Positions 8,725-16,917 of a stretch of DNA of 64,000 bases are shown here, piece after piece; position 1 is the first letter of the stretch, and every line of letters begins with the position of its first letter. The notes under the pieces are model-generated. The model did not search any database and had not been told where the DNA came from. It saw only the letters and a program-made list of their open reading frames with translations. The position numbers and the translations under genes were made by a program. Source of the stretch: an uncultured Collinsella sp. (GTDB lineage: Bacteria; Actinomycetota; Coriobacteriia; Coriobacteriales; Coriobacteriaceae); contig CABVDJ010000001.1 in assembly GCA_902497025.1 (NCBI GenBank), forward strand, positions 11,323 to 75,322. The letters are read 5' to 3'.

Positions 8725-8887
8725 TTTGAGATTAAAGCTCCCGGCAACGGGGGCTTTTCTTTTGCGCCAGCTTGAGTGCTTTCGTCCAAAGGGACGATTT
8801 CCTGTCGACTCGTGTAAGATTCCGAGTAGATGTCGCGACTTATTCGCGACCACTCCTTCTTCAAGCGACCGATCAGGGTGATATTCC

Positions 8888-11329
8888 GTGGCAGAGCGTC
8901 CGACATACAAGCTCAGGTTTCTCGATCCCAAGAAGCGCTTTCCGGCGATGCCCGAGCAGCCTGCGGGACGCTCATATGGCGTGGTCTGGAAACTCTTTGG
9001 CGAGGATCAGCATGAATCTTGTTATGTCGTCGAATTCGTTGGCAAAAGCCATGTGTCGCTTTTGGGCTACGTAAGCGTTTCGGGTGAGGTGTACAAGGTG
9101 GACCGCCCCGTCAGCGAGGCTCCGCTGCCCAACGATCCCGACATGGAACTGGTCCTTGACGAGTCGGACTCCGGTATTGGTGAGATTATGGTGAGGGGAG
9201 CAAACGGCACGATGCGCGCGTGCGCGCGAACCGTAGGCTCTCCCGAAGGTCCCATGCGCGAACAGTCCGATCACGAGACATGGAATTCGACCCGCTCCCT
9301 TCCTTACGGTGAGTTCATGGCATCGATGTTCCTGCGCTACGTGATATTCGCTGACTCCGAAAATACCATTGCGAGCACGGCGGACGCCGACGGACTCGAC
9401 GAGGGTATGCAAAACGTTGTCGACAAGATCAAGCTCGTAAAGTTGCCCGAGCCGGTCGAGGTGTTTTTGGGCTTTAACACGACACCGCTACCTGACGCTA
9501 TCGAGACGCTGCTCTACCGCGTTGACCATGCCGAGAATCCGAGCGGTATCGAGCGCTATGCCGCCGCCCTTATGAGTGAAATTGACTTGCCTCGCTTGCG
9601 CACCATCGCCGCTAAGTCCGAGATGAGCCTGGCTCGCATCGATCGCTCAAAGCTTTTCTATCTCAATTTTGATCGCAGCCTGCTGGACCAGGACGAGATT
9701 GACATGCTGCTTGCCATCGAGTGCCGTCTTAACCGTCTCTCCGGCATCCTTGAGCACATCGGGGCCGGATTGGTCCCTGCGGCATCCTCGCCGAGCCTTG
9801 AGGGCTGCGCGCTCTTTGATGCGTGGCATATCGCCAAGACGACCAACGATGTTCCCCGACTGCTTGATACGTCCTCGAGCGATAACCCGTGGGGCAAACC
9901 GGGTACGGTGGCTTGCCAGCCGGGCGGTGAGTGGGATGTGCGTACCCGCTTCGCGCGTATTGTCGAGGCACTTAACGTGGTCACGCGGCTCGACTATACC
10001 TATCGGGCAAACGTTGCCGAGGGGATCATGCTCGTTCGGTTTGGTCAGTCTGTCGTTGATGCCATGCCGCAACGTGAATACGACGCTCAAGATGACGCCT
10101 GGCGCGAGTTGGACGAGGACGCGCGTGCGATCTGGGCCGCGGAGCACGATGCGCGCGTGGCGCTCACGCTTGCAGCAGCGTGTTTTGCCGCGGGCACCTG
10201 CATCACGCGCTGCTATGTGCAGATTGCTGCTCCCGACAGTGAGCAGGGCGAGCGCGTTGTCGCAACGTATTTCTTTGGGCGCGCGGCCTATCTGGCCGAT
10301 TGCGTGCCTTCCGCCAAGGATCTTGAGAGCATGGACATGGACGATATGCCGTGCAAGTGTGTGCTTGAGGCGTATGAGTCAACCGCTCCAGAGGCGATTG
10401 AGCCTGCGGAGGTTCATGCTCGTCCGCGTGATGACCATCGCACGCTGCCGCCGGCGCTGCGCGATCTGCTGCTTGCCGATACGGCTGACGAGCTGGAGGT
10501 CATGGAAGAGGACGACGACCCATACGTGGCCCGTGTTGTTGAATTGCGCGAGCAGGCAAAAGTCGACCGTACAGGTGCTTTTGAAGGCTTTTCTCGTCTT
10601 GTCGAGGAGTTGGAGGCTAAGTGCGCCGTCGCCGAGCTTTTAGCGACAGGTCCGGTTCAAACGCAGTTTTGCGATAACCAGCTGGTGCGCATGGTGCTAC
10701 CGGTGTTGGAAGAAGACGACTCTGTGCGAATCCTTCGTGCGCCCGATGCGCTGTACTTTGCCCAGCACGAGATCTGCAGCTTTTACGCCGAGCAAGAGGA
10801 CTTTGAACGAGCACTGCCCGAGGTGCGCCATCTTTACGATCTGGCGCGCTCGTCCATGCAATCGCACTTTGCACTCATCAACGTGCTTGCGCGTCTGGAG
10901 CGCTTTGACGAGATTATCGAGGTGGCGCGCCACGGCCTACGTATTGCCAGCGATCGTTCTGCAATTGGCTACCTGTTCTATCGCTTGGCGTTTGCCTATT
11001 GGAATTGCGATCAGCTCGACCTGGCGCTGGCTTGTTACCGTCTAGTGCCGCGCGGCGAGGAGTCGGGCAGCAGCGCGCTGGAAGAAATGCAGGGCCTTAT
11101 GAACGAGATGGGCGTCAGCGAGCCTCCGACGTTCGAAGAAGCGGTTGAGACCATCCACAAGGCTGGACTCGAGCTGCCGCCAGTGTCCGCCGTGACGAAT
11201 CAGCTGGCAGATGCCGCTGTTCAACTGGTCGACAACGGCTTCTTTTTCCTGGCACGCGGTTGCATCTACCAAATGTGGCGCACTATGGGCAACGACGAGC
11301 TCGGCTCCCTCAACCGCTCGCTGGGGTAG
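8888..11329 (+). CDS. large hypothetical protein (813 aa) with a TPR-like helical-repeat C-terminal region
   Basis: Long ORF with codon bias like its neighbours. GTG start 7 nt after AGGGTGA. I could find no Walker, nuclease or other catalytic motif. The last ~200 aa read as helix-turn-helix repeats (..FERALPEVRHLYDLARS..FDEIIEVARHGLRIA..YLFYRLAFAYWNCDQLDLALACYRLV..). Confidence 0.7.
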   Translation: MAERPTYKLRFLDPKKRFPAMPEQPAGRSYGVVWKLFGEDQHESCYVVEFVGKSHVSLLGYVSVSGEVYKVDRPVSEAPLPNDPDMELVLDESDSGIGEIMVRGANGTMRACARTVGSPEGPMREQSDHETWNSTRSLPYGEFMASMFLRYVIFADSENTIASTADADGLDEGMQNVVDKIKLVKLPEPVEVFLGFNTTPLPDAIETLLYRVDHAENPSGIERYAAALMSEIDLPRLRTIAAKSEMSLARIDRSKLFYLNFDRSLLDQDEIDMLLAIECRLNRLSGILEHIGAGLVPAASSPSLEGCALFDAWHIAKTTNDVPRLLDTSSSDNPWGKPGTVACQPGGEWDVRTRFARIVEALNVVTRLDYTYRANVAEGIMLVRFGQSVVDAMPQREYDAQDDAWRELDEDARAIWAAEHDARVALTLAAACFAAGTCITRCYVQIAAPDSEQGERVVATYFFGRAAYLADCVPSAKDLESMDMDDMPCKCVLEAYESTAPEAIEPAEVHARPRDDHRTLPPALRDLLLADTADELEVMEEDDDPYVARVVELREQAKVDRTGAFEGFSRLVEELEAKCAVAELLATGPVQTQFCDNQLVRMVLPVLEEDDSVRILRAPDALYFAQHEICSFYAEQEDFERALPEVRHLYDLARSSMQSHFALINVLARLERFDEIIEVARHGLRIASDRSAIGYLFYRLAFAYWNCDQLDLALACYRLVPRGEESGSSALEEMQGLMNEMGVSEPPTFEEAVETIHKAGLELPPVSAVTNQLADAAVQLVDNGFFFLARGCIYQMWRTMGNDELGSLNRSLG

Positions 11330-11421
11330 GCGAAGCTTCCAAGGAGGAAAGGATGCTAGGCAATTAGAAAATTTCCTCTTGCCCATCCTTGGCTGTTTGG
11401 TTACTATAGAACGGCTGTTAC

Positions 11422-11512
11422 GGAGAGCTGACCGAGAGGCCGAAGGTGCTCGCCTGCTAAGCGAGTATGCCCCAAAAGGGCATCTGGGGTTCGAATCCCC
11501 AGCTCTCCGCCA
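11422..11512 (+). tRNA. tRNA-Ser (anticodon GCT)
   Basis: Acceptor GGAGAGC/GCTCTCC, anticodon loop CTGCTAA, long variable arm, T-arm GGGGTTCGAATCCCC, encoded CCA. A hairpin and T-run follow. Confidence 0.9.
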
Positions 11513-11563
11513 GTACGAATTTGAAGAAGGGTCCCATTTGGGGCCCTTTTTTATTATCAAGAA

Positions 11564-11586
11564 TGGCGGCTGGGGATTCGAACCCT
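11564..11586 (-). other. tRNA 3'-end-like fragment (T-arm plus acceptor 3' strand plus CCA), not a full tRNA
   Basis: The minus strand reads AGGGTTCGAATCCCCAGCCGCCA. This is nearly the 3' end of the adjacent tRNA-Ser minus 3 nt, in inverted orientation. No matching 5' half is present. Confidence 0.4.
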
Positions 11587-11644
11587 CAAAAAAGGAGGCA
11601 TCCTTTCGGACGCCTCCTTTCAGTGGGCTGATTATTCTTGCGCT

Positions 11645-13096
11645 CTACATCTCAGGAGCCTTGGCTACGGTCTCGCTCTCTGCCGCAAGTGGGCGGTTGT
11701 CGATGCGGCGGCCCAGGCGGTCGAGCTTCACGAGCAGCCACTCGATGGGATTGGGCCCTGCGCCTTCCTCGTCGGCGACCAGGTCCATGACGGCGACCTT
11801 GGTGCCGTCCTGCTTGAGCGTGACGCTGCCTACCTTGTCGCCAACATGCACCGTGCCCGAAAGGTCATCGTAGCTAACCTTTTCGGTCACCTCGCCGGCA
11901 AGGGAAAACACGGTCGCTTGCGCCGTGGGATCGGCGAGCGTGGCGTCGATCGTCTTATCCGTCCAGTCGGTTTGACTAATGCGCGCCATAAGCGGGTTGC
12001 CGTTGGCGGTCTTTTCCTGCGTGTTGGCGATTGCGACCGTCACCTTGTGGTCGTAGTACCAGTTGGCAAGGGTGGCGGTATCGGTAAAGCGCTGATCGGT
12101 GGTGGTGGAGTTCAAAATAACGGTGTAGATCTCGTCGCCGTCGCGGTTGTAGGCGCTCGTAAAGCAATAGCCCGCGTCGTCGGTGGTGCCGGTCTTGCCG
12201 CCGATGTTGCCATCTTGGCCCAGCAAATAGTTATGCGTGTCCATGGAATGCGAATGGTCGGCGCCGTCGGCGCCCGTGACCTCGATCCAGGAATCCTCGC
12301 TCGCTACGACCTCGCGGATCGTGTCGTTTTTCATGGCCTCCTGCATCATCAGCGCTACGTCGTGTGCGGTTGAGTGCATATTGCCAGCCCACTCATCAAA
12401 GTCCAGACCATGCGGGTTTTCAAAAAGCGTACCGGTGCAGCCGAGCTTCTTAGCGCGCTCGTTCATGGCCTTCACAAATGTGGCCTCGGCGTCTTTGGTC
12501 TTAGGGTCGATCTTCTTGCCCACATATTCGGCGAGCACGATGGCGGCGTCGTTGCCAGAGGGAATCATCAGGCCGCGCAGTGCCTGCTCTACGGTAAGCT
12601 CGTCGCCTTCGAGCAAGCCGGCGGTCGAATTACCCACGGTGGCCGCGGTGTTGCTTACCGTGACCTTCTCGTCCATCTTGCAATTCTCGACGGTTAGGAT
12701 TGCGGTCATGACCTTGGTGATCGAGGCAATCTTGACCTGCTCATCGGCGCCGCGCCCATAGTAGACGGTGCCGTCTTTGCCCATGACGAGGGCATTGGTC
12801 GCATCGATATCGGGCAGGTTTTCGGCCGTGATGCCGCGCGCATCGGCGGTTTTGCCGCAAACATTGTCGGTCGTGAGCACTTGGGCGCCGGCGACGGTGG
12901 GCGCGCCAGCGGCAAGGGCGATAGCGCAGACAAAGCCGGCGGCAAGCTGGGCTGAGCGCTTTGCAAAAGAGGTGAGGGACTTCACAGATTTCGCTTTCGA
13001 CGGGATGGTCTCTTCTGGAACTAGAGTATATCGTTTGCCGGCGTCGGCGATCATCGCGTGCGCGCGTGGCCCACATCCGCACCCGAACGGGCACAA
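11645..13096 (-). CDS. serine-type D-Ala-D-Ala carboxypeptidase (peptidase S11 / PBP5-like)
   Basis: SxxK (SITKVMT), SxN (PSGND) and KTG (GKTGTT) motifs in the canonical order, with an N-terminal signal/TM segment. The true start may be the ATG at 13054 (MIADAGKRY). Confidence 0.85.
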   Translation of the reverse strand: MCPFGCGCGPRAHAMIADAGKRYTLVPEETIPSKAKSVKSLTSFAKRSAQLAAGFVCAIALAAGAPTVAGAQVLTTDNVCGKTADARGITAENLPDIDATNALVMGKDGTVYYGRGADEQVKIASITKVMTAILTVENCKMDEKVTVSNTAATVGNSTAGLLEGDELTVEQALRGLMIPSGNDAAIVLAEYVGKKIDPKTKDAEATFVKAMNERAKKLGCTGTLFENPHGLDFDEWAGNMHSTAHDVALMMQEAMKNDTIREVVASEDSWIEVTGADGADHSHSMDTHNYLLGQDGNIGGKTGTTDDAGYCFTSAYNRDGDEIYTVILNSTTTDQRFTDTATLANWYYDHKVTVAIANTQEKTANGNPLMARISQTDWTDKTIDATLADPTAQATVFSLAGEVTEKVSYDDLSGTVHVGDKVGSVTLKQDGTKVAVMDLVADEEGAGPNPIEWLLVKLDRLGRRIDNRPLAAESETVAKAPEM

Positions 13097-13182
13097 GGGT
13101 GCTTAAGGCCGACTTAATCACCCACGCTTGTTGTGTGTGGCATGTGCCCCCTCGGGCATAATGGAGCGCGAGAGGAGCACGC

Positions 13183-13878
13183 ATGAACGAGCGCATTTTG
13201 GTAGTTGATGACGAAAAGGCCATCGCCGACTTGGTTGGTATCTACCTTACAAAAGAAGGCTTTGACGTACAGGTCGCCTATAGCGGGGCCGATGCTGCCA
13301 AGGCAATCTTGGAGCAGGAGTTCGATCTTGCGCTGCTGGATGTCATGCTGCCCGATATCGATGGGCTTGAGTTGCTGCGTACGATCCGTTCCAGCCATAC
13401 CTATCCCGTGATCATGCTGACGGCGCGCGATGCCCAGCAAGACAAGATCGAGGGCCTTTCGCTTGGCGCGGACGATTACGTGGTTAAGCCGTTCCGTCCG
13501 CTTGAGCTCATCGCGCGCGTGCATGCTCAGCTTCGCCGCTACACCAGCTACGGTAGCCGCGCGCAGGTGGCCGAGTCGCCGATCATCCAGCTCGACGGCC
13601 TGGAGATCAACCGCGATGCTCGTTCCGTAATGGTGGACGGTGCGCCGGTGCGCCTCACGCCCATCGAGTATTCCATCTTGCTGTATCTGGTCGAGCATCG
13701 CGGCAGTGTGGTGGCCGTGGAGGATCTGTTCCGCGCGGTGTGGAACGAGGATTTTATGCCCGGCTCCAACAATACGGTGATGGTGCACATTCGCCACCTG
13801 CGCGAAAAGATCGGTGACGACGCTCAAAAGCCGCGCTTTATCAAAAACGTCTGGGGCGTCGGCTACATAATCGAATAA
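13183..13878 (+). CDS. OmpR-family response regulator, VanR-like
   Basis: Receiver domain (ILVVDDE.. LLDVMLPDIDG.. KPF) plus a winged-helix domain ending VWGVGYIIE. Long stretches match my memory of enterococcal VanR (HTYPVIMLTA, GADDYVVKPFRPLELIARV, NNTVMVHIRHLREK). Confidence 0.85.
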   Translation: MNERILVVDDEKAIADLVGIYLTKEGFDVQVAYSGADAAKAILEQEFDLALLDVMLPDIDGLELLRTIRSSHTYPVIMLTARDAQQDKIEGLSLGADDYVVKPFRPLELIARVHAQLRRYTSYGSRAQVAESPIIQLDGLEINRDARSVMVDGAPVRLTPIEYSILLYLVEHRGSVVAVEDLFRAVWNEDFMPGSNNTVMVHIRHLREKIGDDAQKPRFIKNVWGVGYIIE

Positions 13879-13903
13879 CGCCTTTGATGGTGGGGAAGTG
13901 GAT

Positions 13904-15142
13904 ATGACAAAAGACGATAGGCAGGCATTCGAGGTGCCCGATCGACTCTTTGAATACGTGAGGTCGGTCGTCGACAACCGCGCGCTTGCAACGGTGCTGC
14001 TCTTTTTGCTGAGCCTGCTGCTGATTGGCATCGATAACATCGCTGGAATCTTGGCGGTGCTGCTTGTCGGCTTTTTGCTGATCGATCGATTTGAAATCGT
14101 ACGCCGCTGCGTGGTGATTGGCGGTGCCGCGTGGGCCATGACGTTGGCGATTGGCGCCATGGCACTCGGCGGCATCGAAGGGCCGGTGCTGTTCGATGCC
14201 GGCTTTGTATTCAACATGCTTGGCTTTGTGCTGGCGCTTGCCGTGTGCGTGCTGTTCTTTTGCGGCCGCGCCCTGTACTACCAGGGCTTTGAGCAGGGCG
14301 AGCAGCATGCCGATTGTGTGCTGGCCGCTCGTATTCAAGATCGCCTGATCGATCACCCCGACACCTGGGACAACATCGACGGCGACTTCCTGGAGGTCGA
14401 GGGCGCACTCAACCGTGTGCGCGATCGCGAGCGCAAGGTGCAGCAGGCCTTGCGTGACGAGTCTCATCGCAAGGACGATCTGGTCACGTACTTGGCACAT
14501 GACCTACGCACCCCGCTTGCCAGTGTGGTGGGCTATCTTTCGCTGCTTCAAGAGGCTCCTGAGCTGCCGGTTGAGCAACGTGCGCACTTTACGGGCGTGG
14601 CGCTCGACAAGGCGCACCGGCTCGATGCACTCATCGAGGAGTTCTTCGATATCACGCGCTTTGACTTCCACGATATCGTGCTCACGCGCGGCTATGTTGA
14701 TCTGGGGTTGCTGCTGGCTCAGGTGGCTGACGAGTTCTATCCCATCCTCAACGAGCAGCATAAGGAAGCCCAGGTTGATATTCGCGAGGACCTGACGGTG
14801 CTCGTGGATGGCGACAAGATGGCCCGCGTGTTCAACAACATCATGAAAAACGCCGTCGCCTATAGCTATGAGGGCTCGACTATCACGATTGAGGCCAGGC
14901 GCCAAGACGATGGCGGCGTGCGCGTGCGCTTTATCAATCAGGGCGATCCTATTCCTGCGGCTAAGCTCAAGGTGATCTTTGAGAAGTTCTATCGCCTGGA
15001 TGCGGCGCGTGCGACCAATCGCGGTGGTGCCGGCCTGGGCCTTGCTATTGCCAAGGAGATCATCGCGGCACACGGCGGTACCGTTGCATGTGAATCGACG
15101 CCCGAACACACGATATTCACCATCGAGCTGCCCGCCGCATAG
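13904..15142 (+). CDS. sensor histidine kinase, VanS-like, with a multi-TM N-terminal domain
   Basis: H-box YLAHDLRTPLASVVGYLSLL, N-box FNNIMKNAVAYS, G-box GGAGLGLAIAKEI. Roughly four hydrophobic helices and almost no extracytoplasmic loop. ATG at 13904 preferred. Confidence 0.85.
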   Translation: MTKDDRQAFEVPDRLFEYVRSVVDNRALATVLLFLLSLLLIGIDNIAGILAVLLVGFLLIDRFEIVRRCVVIGGAAWAMTLAIGAMALGGIEGPVLFDAGFVFNMLGFVLALAVCVLFFCGRALYYQGFEQGEQHADCVLAARIQDRLIDHPDTWDNIDGDFLEVEGALNRVRDRERKVQQALRDESHRKDDLVTYLAHDLRTPLASVVGYLSLLQEAPELPVEQRAHFTGVALDKAHRLDALIEEFFDITRFDFHDIVLTRGYVDLGLLLAQVADEFYPILNEQHKEAQVDIREDLTVLVDGDKMARVFNNIMKNAVAYSYEGSTITIEARRQDDGGVRVRFINQGDPIPAAKLKVIFEKFYRLDAARATNRGGAGLGLAIAKEIIAAHGGTVACESTPEHTIFTIELPAA

Positions 15143-15245
15143 CCAGTGTGCCCTTACAAACACTTGACAATGTGCTCACGTGCGTATGAGCCGCGATTCC
15201 TACTATCGATACTGCTGAATTGATATCGATATGGAGGTGTGCGGT

Positions 15246-16121
15246 ATGACGGCTGCTGCGGCTGTGGAGCCCACGGAGCTTGAAGAACTCATGGAAGCGC
15301 AGGCCGAGGCCGCGCATGAGCGCGAGGTTGGGGATGCGACTCGCCCCACGGCAGAGGATCTTGCCGCCTCGCCGACGCGCATCGACGTCGAGGGCCTCGA
15401 CCTGTTCTATGGCGATCACCATGCGCTCAAGGACGTGAATATCAAGATCCGCGACAAGCAGATCACTTCGTTCATCGGGCCTTCGGGCTGCGGAAAGTCC
15501 ACGTTGCTGCGCTGCTTTAACCGCATGAACGACGGCATCAAGGATTGCCGCATCGAGGGCAAGATTGCGCTCGATGGTCAAGATATCCTGGGCGATTGCG
15601 ACATCTGCCGTTTGCGCCAGCGCGTGGGCATGGTGTTCCAACGCCCCAACCCATTTCCCATGAGCATCTACGACAACGTCGCCTACGGTCCTCGCGGTAT
15701 GGGTGTGCGCGACCGCGCCGTGCTCGATGAGCTGGTCGAGGACTCCCTGCGTCGCGCTGCCCTGTGGGACGAGGTCAAGGACAAGCTCAAAGAGTCAGGC
15801 CTGGGTCTTTCGGGTGGACAGCAGCAGCGCCTGTGCATCGCCCGCGCACTTGCCGTGCAGCCCGACATTCTGCTGATGGACGAGCCGACCTCGGCACTCG
15901 ACCCTGTGTCGACGTTGGTGGTGGAGCAGCTGGCCTGCGAGCTCAAGGAGACCTGCACGCTGGTGGTCGTGACGCACAACATGCAGCAGGCCGCGCGTAT
16001 TTCCGATTCGGTTGCGTTCTTTTTGCTGGGTGAGCTGGTGGAGCACGCGCCCACCGCGCAACTCTTCAAGAATCCGTCCGATCCGCGCACCGCGGATTAT
16101 TTGACGGGACGTTTTGGCTGA
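15246..16121 (+). CDS. pstB: phosphate ABC transporter ATP-binding protein PstB (no pstSCA in window)
   Basis: Walker [10 protein letters not shown], signature LSGGQQQR, Walker [13 protein letters not shown] and PstB-typical [12 protein letters not shown] and CFNRMND. ATG at 15246 lies 7 nt after GGAGG. Has an acidic N-terminal extension of about 40 aa. Confidence 0.85.
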   Translation: MTAAAAVEPTELEELMEAQAEAAHEREVGDATRPTAEDLAASPTRIDVEGLDLFYGDHHALKDVNIKIRDKQITSFIGPSGCGKSTLLRCFNRMNDGIKDCRIEGKIALDGQDILGDCDICRLRQRVGMVFQRPNPFPMSIYDNVAYGPRGMGVRDRAVLDELVEDSLRRAALWDEVKDKLKESGLGLSGGQQQRLCIARALAVQPDILLMDEPTSALDPVSTLVVEQLACELKETCTLVVVTHNMQQAARISDSVAFFLLGELVEHAPTAQLFKNPSDPRTADYLTGRFG

Positions 16122-16185
16122 CGCTGTCTTTTACAGGTGCCTTTAGGGTTAAGATGCGGTCATATCGGCCGCAAAGGGGTTCAAC

Positions 16186-16914
16186 ATGATCTATTACGTC
16201 GAGGACGATGACAACATCAGGGATTTGACAGTCTACGCGCTGCGCAAGCAGGGAATCGAGGCCGAGGGCTTTTCGTGTGATGGCGAGTTTAAAGCTGCCG
16301 TGGCGCGACGGGTGCCCGATGCCGTGCTGCTCGATATCATGCTGCCCGACACCGATGGCTTGGCGATTATGCGTCGCCTGCGTGCCGATCGCCTGACGGC
16401 GACGGTGCCCATCATGATGCTTACCGCCAAGGACACCGAACTCGACAAGGTGATGGCGCTCGATGGCGGTGCCGACGATTACCTGACTAAGCCGTTTTCG
16501 CTCATGGAGCTTGCGAGCCGCTGCCGCGCACTGCTGCGTCGCGGCGGCATGGTCAAGCAGGCGAGCGATGTGCTCAGCGTGGGCGACATCGTGCTCTCGC
16601 CCAGCCATCGCGAGGTGACCGTTGCCGGCGAGCCGCTTAAGCTCACCCTGCGCGAGTTCGACCTGCTCGAGTACCTCATGCGCAAGCCCGGCGTGGTCTT
16701 TACCCGCGAGTCGTTGCTGCAGAGCGTGTGGGGCTGGGACTTCGACGGCGGTTCGCGCACCGTCGACGTGCATGTGCAGACGCTTCGCCAAAAACTGGGC
16801 GAGCATGCCGGCGCCATCGAGACCGTGCGCGGCGTGGGCTACCGCTTGGCCGAGCCTTCTGCCGGTGATGGTGCCGAAGGTGACGACACCGCGGCCACCG
16901 CATCGGAGGAGTAA
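16186..16914 (+). CDS. OmpR/PhoB-family response regulator
   Basis: Receiver domain (IYYVEDDD.. LLDIMLPDTDG.. KPF) plus a winged-helix domain (TVRGVGYRL). Confidence 0.85.
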   Translation: MIYYVEDDDNIRDLTVYALRKQGIEAEGFSCDGEFKAAVARRVPDAVLLDIMLPDTDGLAIMRRLRADRLTATVPIMMLTAKDTELDKVMALDGGADDYLTKPFSLMELASRCRALLRRGGMVKQASDVLSVGDIVLSPSHREVTVAGEPLKLTLREFDLLEYLMRKPGVVFTRESLLQSVWGWDFDGGSRTVDVHVQTLRQKLGEHAGAIETVRGVGYRLAEPSAGDGAEGDDTAATASEE

Positions 16915-16917
16915 CCC

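Noticed and set aside
8048-8881. Three ORFs (8048-8344, 8334-8537, 8603-8881) sharing the peptide AALPQLDRGSDYESERHRFESYTPH, plus the antisense ORF 8421-8906.
   Set aside because: The shared peptide is simply the translation of the three identical tRNA-Arg genes, so they are not protein-coding. The same applies to ORF 3061-3342 over tRNA-Leu and to 11042-11560 and 11211-11873 over tRNA-Ser.
7520-11640. Integrated prophage or genomic island at the tRNA cluster.
   Set aside because: There is no integrase, excisionase, transposase or phage gene. The 813-aa gene has host-like codon usage. The tRNA-fragment relics are short and differ from one another. They are reported only as low-interest observations.
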